Source: an uncultured Candidatus Saccharibacteria bacterium (lineage in GTDB: Bacteria; Patescibacteriota; Minisyncoccia; Phycocordibacterales; UBA2100). From it: a stretch of 64,000 nt of DNA. Below are positions 58,784-64,000 of the stretch, piece by piece (positions within the stretch are counted from its first letter, which is position 1; every line of letters begins with the position of its first letter). Position numbers and translations under genes: made by a program. The DNA is taken from NCBI GenBank assembly GCA_964399865.1, contig CAYNRJ010000001.1, positions 394,050 through 458,049 of the forward strand, given 5' to 3'. Under the pieces are notes generated by a model that had not been told where the DNA came from, made no database searches, and was given only the letters and a program-made list of their open reading frames with translations.

Positions 58784-59131
58784 TTAAAATTGCAGACCCG
58801 CGGCACGTGCTGAATCCGCAAAAGCCTTAATGGTTCCGACATATTGGAATCCGCCACGGTCGAAGACAACGGCCTTCACACCTTTTGCCCCTGCGAGTTT
58901 CGCAAGAGTTGCTGCCGCCTTTTCTGCGCGCTCACGCGGAGTGCCGGCCTTCTCATCTTTTGAAGAAACGTATGCCACAACTACTCCCTTAGTGTCATCG
59001 ATAACCTGCGCGATTATGCGTGTGTTTGATTTGTATACCGAAAGACGTGGACGCTCCGCAGTCCCCACCACTTTCGCACGCACTCTTCGATGGCGGCGCT
59101 CTCGTTTATCTACTTTGTTTAGTGTTTTCAT
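58784..59131 (-). CDS. rplR: 50S ribosomal protein L18
   Basis: KRERRHRRVRAKV... typical of L18. Confidence 0.9.
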   Translation of the reverse strand: MKTLNKVDKRERRHRRVRAKVVGTAERPRLSVYKSNTRIIAQVIDDTKGVVVAYVSSKDEKAGTPRERAEKAAATLAKLAGAKGVKAVVFDRGGFQYVGTIKAFADSARAAGLQF

Positions 59132-59136
59132 ATATG

Positions 59137-59685
59137 TTATGCGGCTGAAGCAGCTGCGGCTTTCTTACCTTCCTTCTCACGGACTACCTCACCCTCGTAG
59201 CGAATACCCTTTCCTTTGTATGGCTCTGGCTTCTTGAGTGCGCGGACGGATGCTGCGAATTCTCCTACCATTTCTTTGTCAGCACCGGAGATCCCGATGA
59301 TGTTTTTCTCTACTTTGACCGTAAGACCTTCAGGGATCGCAACAAGCACTGGATGTGAGAATCCTATAGCGAGCTTCAACTGCTTTCCTGCAAGCTCTGC
59401 TTTGTATCCGATACCTTCGAGTTGAAGATTCTTATTGAATGGAGTGTTTACTCCGTTTACCATATTGCGAACATGAGCTGCGTAAGTTCCCCAGAGAGCG
59501 CGAGAAAGACGATTCTGTTTTGCTGGAGTAACGAGAATAGTATCGCCTTCAATCTTCACCGTAACTGCTGGATGAAGTGGGCGCTTAAGCGTGCCGCCCT
59601 TTCCCTTTACGATCATTTCATTAGAAACGATTGACACGTCAGTGCCAGCGGGAATTTTTATCGGAAGTTTGCCTGTTCTACTCAT
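59137..59685 (-). CDS. rplF: 50S ribosomal protein L6
   Basis: MSRTGKLPIKIPAGTDV... The start is trimmed to abut rpsH. Confidence 0.9.
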   Translation of the reverse strand: MSRTGKLPIKIPAGTDVSIVSNEMIVKGKGGTLKRPLHPAVTVKIEGDTILVTPAKQNRLSRALWGTYAAHVRNMVNGVNTPFNKNLQLEGIGYKAELAGKQLKLAIGFSHPVLVAIPEGLTVKVEKNIIGISGADKEMVGEFAASVRALKKPEPYKGKGIRYEGEVVREKEGKKAAAASAA

Positions 59686-59692
59686 ATTTGTA

Positions 59693-60088
59693 TTACCACA
59701 TCTCAAAGAGAGCCTCACCTCCGACATGAGCCTTTCGAGCTTCCTTGTCAGTGATGACACCTTTAGGGGTTGAGAGCATCAAAATACCTTGTCCGTAGCG
59801 AACAGGCATAACCTCACGAGAATTTCGGTACATACGGCGGCCTGGCTTTGAAACGCGCTTTACGCCGTTGATGACGGACTTCCCTGCCTCGTCGTATTTG
59901 AGGGTAATGTCGAGAGTCTTTCGGACCTTCTTTCCTTTCTTCTCAACAGCTTTCACAAAGCCTGCCTCCTTCAATTTTTCTGCGATAGCAAACTTGAGAG
60001 CTGAGTGTGGAACGGAGACATTCGCTGCCTTAATAGCGCCAGCGTTTTTCAAACGGTTTATGAAATCTCCTACAGGATCGTTTACCAT
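59693..60088 (-). CDS. rpsH: 30S ribosomal protein S8
   Basis: MVNDPVGDFINRLKNA... Confidence 0.93.
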   Translation of the reverse strand: MVNDPVGDFINRLKNAGAIKAANVSVPHSALKFAIAEKLKEAGFVKAVEKKGKKVRKTLDITLKYDEAGKSVINGVKRVSKPGRRMYRNSREVMPVRYGQGILMLSTPKGVITDKEARKAHVGGEALFEMW

Positions 60089-60094
60089 ACAAAT

Positions 60095-60280
60095 TTACCA
60101 AGAGGATTTCTTTACGCCTGGAATATTGCCTTCAAGCGCTTCTTCGCGGAAGCAGATACGGCAAAGGTTAAAATCACGCATAAAACCACGTGGACGGCCA
60201 CATTTGAAGCAGCGTCGCACAGTACGACTTGAGAACTTCGGTGTGCGCTTCGCTTTCGCGATCATTGATTTCTTAGCCAT
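60095..60280 (-). CDS. rpsZ: 30S ribosomal protein S14, Zn-ribbon type Z (61 aa)
   Basis: CxxC...CxxC (CFKCGRPRG...CRICFRE). Confidence 0.9.
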   Translation of the reverse strand: MAKKSMIAKAKRTPKFSSRTVRRCFKCGRPRGFMRDFNLCRICFREEALEGNIPGVKKSSW

Positions 60281-60659
60281 TGTGGTGTGCGCCCGACAGG
60301 AGTCTAGGAAGCCCTTGCATCCTGCGCTTGCGCGACAGGGTTACAGAAGCTTCTTCGCGTGGCCATGTTCTTCTTCCAACTTGTGGTTAAAAAACAAAGC
60401 CCCCTACGAGGCTCGGAAAATATACGCGATATGGGGAAGGAAGTCAAACTCTTCGCGAACCCTGTACTGCCCGCCCCGAACAGGACGCATGCGGTTCATT
60501 ATTCTGTATCACTACTGCGAGATGCTGTATTTATGGATCGTCGCCCACGCGATGTTCTCTCGGGCAGTACAGGGATCGCAAAAGCTTGTGGAATTGGGAG
60601 ATTAAGACAAACGGCCGCTCCGAGGAGCGGCCGTTTGTCTTTTCTATTCGCAGGAGAGA
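60281..60659. other. ~380-nt non-coding spacer inside the ribosomal operon, with a 16-bp perfect palindrome and long-range complementary segments. Candidate embedded ncRNA or terminator/antiterminator.
   Basis: Palindrome agacaaacggccgctc-cgagg-agcggccgtttgtct (60606-60640) followed by ttttct on the plus strand. ccctgtactgcccg (60460-60473) pairs with cgggcagtacaggg (60561-60574). No ORF of 60 aa or more on the operon strand. Confidence 0.45.
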
Positions 60660-61223
60660 CTATCGAGAATTCTTTATGTCCTTCTTCTCCTCTTCTGCCT
60701 TAAGCGGCACTCCTACGTATCGGAGGAATGCGATTGCATCCTTCTTGTTTTTTGCTGTTGTAACGATCGTGATCGCAAGACCGAATATATCCTTTGCGTC
60801 TTCGTCTGCGGTTTCTGGGAAGACTGTGTGCTCCTTAAGACCGATGGTAATGTTACCCATTTCATCGATGGTTTTAAGCGAGATTCCGCGGAAGTCCTTC
60901 ACTCGAGGAAGCACGATGTGGATGAGTTTATCGAGGAATGACTTACCACGTGCACCACGGAGGGTCACCTGGTATCCAACAACATCTCCCTGACGAACTT
61001 TGAATGTTGCGATGGACTTTTTCGCAGAACGAGGCGCAGGAGCCTGGCCCGTGATCGTCATGAGACGCTCAACGATAAAGTCACGACGCTTCTGATCTTT
61101 CCCTGATCCCACGCCAGAGGAAACGATCACCTTCGAGATACGAGGTGTCTGCATGATGTTCTTAAGACCGAGCTGGTCCTTAAGCGCTTTAAAAGTCTCT
61201 GTTACTGGAAGTACGTTTGCCAT
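60660..61223 (-). CDS. rplE: 50S ribosomal protein L5
   Basis: L5 blocks. 187 aa. Confidence 0.93.
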   Translation of the reverse strand: MANVLPVTETFKALKDQLGLKNIMQTPRISKVIVSSGVGSGKDQKRRDFIVERLMTITGQAPAPRSAKKSIATFKVRQGDVVGYQVTLRGARGKSFLDKLIHIVLPRVKDFRGISLKTIDEMGNITIGLKEHTVFPETADEDAKDIFGLAITIVTTAKNKKDAIAFLRYVGVPLKAEEEKKDIKNSR

Positions 61224-61228
61224 AAATA

Positions 61229-61540
61229 TTATTTGAGTTCTTGTCCGCTTTTAGCTGCTACCCGTGAACGTGCGCCATCCTTTCCTCGGACGATGCGTAC
61301 GCGTGTTGGTTTGCCGGACTTTGGATCAAGAAGCATGACGTTCGATGCGTGGATTGGCATTGCGATGTCGACGATTTGCCCCTTTCGGCTTCGGCCAGTA
61401 GGGCGGCGGTGTCTCTTTGAGAGATTGAGGCCATCCAAAGCAACCATATTCTCCTTTGGGAATACGCGTGTGATAGCGGCTTTCTGACCGCGATCCTTGC
61501 CGGCCATAACCATAACTGTGTCTCCTTTTCGTAGTTTCAT
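61229..61540 (-). CDS. rplX: 50S ribosomal protein L24
   Basis: MKLRKGDTVMVMAGKDRGQ KOW motif. Confidence 0.9.
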   Translation of the reverse strand: MKLRKGDTVMVMAGKDRGQKAAITRVFPKENMVALDGLNLSKRHRRPTGRSRKGQIVDIAMPIHASNVMLLDPKSGKPTRVRIVRGKDGARSRVAAKSGQELK

Positions 61541-61545
61541 ATAGT

Positions 61546-61917
61546 TTATAGGACTTCTGGTGCGAGGGACGCGACTGACTTGTATCCCCTTTCGACTACT
61601 TCACGTGGGATTGGTCCGAATACGCGGTTCGCTTTTGGCTCTTTCTTCTCGCGATCAACGAGCACAACTGCGTTCTCATCGAATCGAATGTAAGAGCCGT
61701 CTTTACGACGAAACGCTTTCTTCTGGCGCACAACGACAGCTGAGTAGACCTCTTTCTTCTTTGCCATCTTACGAGGCTGTGCGGTCTGAATAGAGAGGAC
61801 GACTTCATCACCGAGCTCTGCGTAGCGCTTCTTTGAGCCGCCGAGCACTTTGAAAATACGTCCGAGGATACCTCCGGAGTTATCAGCTATTTTAACGATT
61901 GAACGTGGCTGTATCAT
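61546..61917 (-). CDS. rplN: 50S ribosomal protein L14
   Basis: MIQPRSIVKIADNSGG... Confidence 0.93.
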   Translation of the reverse strand: MIQPRSIVKIADNSGGILGRIFKVLGGSKKRYAELGDEVVLSIQTAQPRKMAKKKEVYSAVVVRQKKAFRRKDGSYIRFDENAVVLVDREKKEPKANRVFGPIPREVVERGYKSVASLAPEVL

Positions 61918-61918
61918 A

Positions 61919-62197
61919 TTAGTTTTCAGTCTCTACCTCTTTGATCACCGTTCTCTCAACGAGGATGAATCTCTTGAATTTAGACATTGGCTTTGTCTCA
62001 CGGATGAGTACAGTGTCCCCTACTTTCGCAGTGTTCCCCGCGTCGTGCACGAGATACTTCTTTGAGCGGCGCATGTACTTGTCGTACTTAGGGTGCTTCG
62101 TGAGACGCTCGACGGATACCGTCATAGTGTCCTTCATAGCCGCCTTTACGACGATGCCGCGAAGAGTCTTTCCTTGTGTTTCATTAGTAGAATTCAT
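61919..62197 (-). CDS. rpsQ: 30S ribosomal protein S17
   Basis: TLRGIVVKAAMKDTMTVSVERLTKHPKYDKY... Confidence 0.9.
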   Translation of the reverse strand: MNSTNETQGKTLRGIVVKAAMKDTMTVSVERLTKHPKYDKYMRRSKKYLVHDAGNTAKVGDTVLIRETKPMSKFKRFILVERTVIKEVETEN

Positions 62198-62212
62198 AGG
62201 AGTTGGGACAGA

Positions 62213-62425
62213 TTACTTTGTTTTTGCCTTAGGGGCAATGGCTGGAAGATCGCGCGAACGAAGCTCAGTAAGAAGTCGTGCGACTTCGCGACGCAAATTT
62301 CTCTCAAGACGAACATTGCGAGCGCGGCTTCCGCTCTCCTTAAATCGTATGACACGGAGCTCTTCGCGCTTTACTGAGATCTCTTTCTTAAGATCCTCCG
62401 GTTTCTGTGTTTTTTTATCAGCCAT
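62213..62425 (-). CDS. rpmC: 50S ribosomal protein L29
   Basis: 70 aa, coiled helical L29 pattern. Position between L16 and S17. Confidence 0.85.
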   Translation of the reverse strand: MADKKTQKPEDLKKEISVKREELRVIRFKESGSRARNVRLERNLRREVARLLTELRSRDLPAIAPKAKTK

Positions 62426-62426
62426 A

Positions 62427-62849
62427 TTATTGTCTTGTGACGATCTTCACTTTGAGAGGAAGCTTTTTACCTGCTTTTCGAAGGGCTTCGCGTGCAATAG
62501 CTTCTGGTGCTCCATCGATCTCGAAGATAACGCGGCCGGGACCTACGTCTGCGACATAGCCAGACACGTCTCCTTTTCCGCTACCCATGCCTACTTCTGC
62601 AGCCTTCTGAGTTCTTGGTCGATCAGGGAATATACGGACCCAGACCTTTGCGCTCTTTCCTCCAGCACGAGCGAGAGCACGACGTGCTGCTTCGATCTGA
62701 TTTGAAGAAACGCGAGCAGGGGTCATTGCCTTAAGACCAAATGATCCAAAAGACACGAAGAGTCCGCGTGTATCTGGCCTTTGCAAGCGCGCAAAGCTCT
62801 TACGGCCTGTCTGCCACTTGCGATATTTTGCTTTCTTAGGTGCCAACAT
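62427..62849 (-). CDS. rplP: 50S ribosomal protein L16
   Basis: MLAPKKAKYRKWQTGRKSF... Confidence 0.93.
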   Translation of the reverse strand: MLAPKKAKYRKWQTGRKSFARLQRPDTRGLFVSFGSFGLKAMTPARVSSNQIEAARRALARAGGKSAKVWVRIFPDRPRTQKAAEVGMGSGKGDVSGYVADVGPGRVIFEIDGAPEAIAREALRKAGKKLPLKVKIVTRQ

Positions 62850-62851
62850 AT

Positions 62852-63529
62852 TTATTTCTTAGCCTTCTGCTTATCAGAGAAAATATCACCGCGGTAGATC
62901 CATACTTTGACGCCGATAACACCGTATGGAAGGTATGCAACTTCGCGAGCAAAATCTACGTCAGCACGAAGAGTCTGAAGAGGAACACGTCCTCGCTTGA
63001 TCTCTTCTGTACGTGACATTTCTGCTCCACCAAGGCGGCCTGCAACCGCGATACGAACACCCTGCACATCGCGATTTGCCATCGTCTTTTCTGCAGTCTG
63101 TTTCAAAATTCGGCGGAACGTCTGACGTTTCTCCAAGCCTTCCGCAACCATGTATGCAACGACAGGAGCTTGAGATTCAGGAGAGCGAACTTCTTCGATG
63201 TCGAGGCGAATAGCAGGCTTTGCGATCTTAGGAACAGCAAGGAGAGCCTTCTCGATTTCTTTCGTAAGCTTCGCACTTCCCTCTCCACCACGACCGATAA
63301 CGAGTCCTGGGCGAGATGTTTTGATGAGAACGCGAACATGCTTTTGATTACGCTCGATGTCTACGGCAGTAACGTAGTTACCTCGGAGACGCTTCTTGAG
63401 GAATCGGCGAATGATAACGTCTACCATGACATTCTCACGGTACTGACGAGGGGTCTTCGCGAACCAGCGACTCTTCCAATCACGGATGATACCGAGACGA
63501 TGTGCATATGGATGTACTGTATGTGTCAT
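62852..63529 (-). CDS. rpsC: 30S ribosomal protein S3
   Basis: KH domain and S3 C-domain blocks. Confidence 0.93.
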   Translation of the reverse strand: MTHTVHPYAHRLGIIRDWKSRWFAKTPRQYRENVMVDVIIRRFLKKRLRGNYVTAVDIERNQKHVRVLIKTSRPGLVIGRGGEGSAKLTKEIEKALLAVPKIAKPAIRLDIEEVRSPESQAPVVAYMVAEGLEKRQTFRRILKQTAEKTMANRDVQGVRIAVAGRLGGAEMSRTEEIKRGRVPLQTLRADVDFAREVAYLPYGVIGVKVWIYRGDIFSDKQKAKK

Positions 63530-63530
63530 A

Positions 63531-63944
63531 TTATTTCGTTACCTCCTTTTTCTTCGGAGCTGCTTTCTTAACAACCTTATCTGCTTTAGGTTCCTTGGCT
63601 GCCCTCTTTGCCTTCTTAACCTCTCCTGCACCAAGTTCGAGCGTGACGATACTCATGATGTGATCAAAAGAGTTTGCTCGGCCGCGTGACATTGGATTGA
63701 AGCGACGAAGGACAGCGCCTTTATTAACTGCGATAGTCTTTACGAAAAGATTTTCTGTAGGAAGTCCGGCATTTCGCGCATTTGAAACTGCAGAGTTTAA
63801 AAGCTTCGCGATAGCTGGAGAAGATTTCTGAGGCATGAACTTAAGCGCTGCAAGAGCCTGATCGACAGACTTACCTCGAATAAGGTCCGCTATAAGGCGT
63901 ACTTTACGTGGAGCCTGATGATAATTTTTGAGAAGCGCTTTCAT
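63531..63944 (-). CDS. rplV: 50S ribosomal protein L22 with a Lys/Ala-rich C-terminal extension
   Basis: KVRLIADLIRGKSVDQALAALKF... Confidence 0.9.
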   Translation of the reverse strand: MKALLKNYHQAPRKVRLIADLIRGKSVDQALAALKFMPQKSSPAIAKLLNSAVSNARNAGLPTENLFVKTIAVNKGAVLRRFNPMSRGRANSFDHIMSIVTLELGAGEVKKAKRAAKEPKADKVVKKAAPKKKEVTK

Positions 63945-63949
63945 AGATT

Positions 63950-64000
63950 ATTTCTTGCCACCTTTAGCATCTGCTGTTGTTGCCTTTGCAGCCTGTGCAG
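63950..64000 (-). CDS. rpsS: 3' end of the ribosomal protein S19 gene (partial; runs off the window)
   Basis: In-frame ...AQAAKATTADAKGGKK* immediately upstream of rplV. Assigned by position in the S10 operon. Confidence 0.45.

Noticed and set aside
60359-60703. ORF 60359..60703(+), 114 aa, in the rplE-rpsZ spacer
   Set aside because: It runs antisense into rplE, has no SD or motif, and overlaps the perfect palindrome. The region is more parsimoniously non-coding.

Overview
This 64 kb window looks like part of a small, streamlined bacterial genome of the Candidate Phyla Radiation / Patescibacteria type. That is an inference from the gene content: a complete type IV pilus locus with no secretin, ribosomal proteins and Ndk carrying extensions, many secreted repeat proteins, and few obvious Shine-Dalgarno sequences. 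All calls come from reading the six-frame translations and the nucleotide sequence for family motifs; no database search was run.

Contents, in order:
- 287-2500: a large secreted repeat protein.
- 2961-4062: two tRNA-Thr genes, each followed by a conserved two-hairpin element.
- 4099-5229: an HD-domain hydrolase and a C39-like cysteine peptidase.
- 5445-6191: a tRNA island (Asp, Met, initiator Met) with terminators and palindromic repeats.
- 6233-6940: a membrane protein with a HEPN-like C-terminus.
- 6958-10686: gatA, gatC and ligA.
- 10719-22566: a type IV pilus/competence locus on the minus strand. It contains four minor pilins, pilD and two tandem major-pilin paralogs whose 5' 194 nt are identical. 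It continues with pilC, pilT, an embedded CheY-like receiver, pilB and pilM/N/O. comF lies divergently upstream.
- 22614-28469: a pterin dehydratase, comF, tRNA-Ser, aroK, an AspA/FumC-type lyase, an ATP-grasp enzyme, a secreted LTD protein with Cys4 repeats, and a DUF360 holin-like protein.
- 28941-41785: recG, secreted peptidoglycan-binding proteins, an SGNH hydrolase, tRNA-Ile(UAU) with a truncated tRNA copy beside it, malic enzyme, pyrB/pyrC, ftsH, a surface protein and a polytopic membrane protein.
- 41791-42686: smpB followed directly by tmRNA.
- 42743-49753: a GNAT acetyltransferase, an M15/LAS-type peptidase, infC-rpmI-rplT, a LOG-like protein, a small membrane protein and ndk.
- 49781-57661: a 939-aa VirB4/TraG-like P-loop ATPase, purD, map, adk, gmk and secY.
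- 57663-64000: the spc/S10 ribosomal operon (L15 through L22 plus partial S19), interrupted by a ~380 nt non-coding spacer between rplE and rpsZ.

The features judged most worth follow-up:
- The tandem pilin cassette with identical 5' ends.
- The ~130-nt element found twice upstream of small membrane-protein genes.
- The conserved structured element 3' of both tRNA-Thr genes.
- The structured spacer inside the ribosomal operon.
- The membrane-anchored HEPN-like protein.
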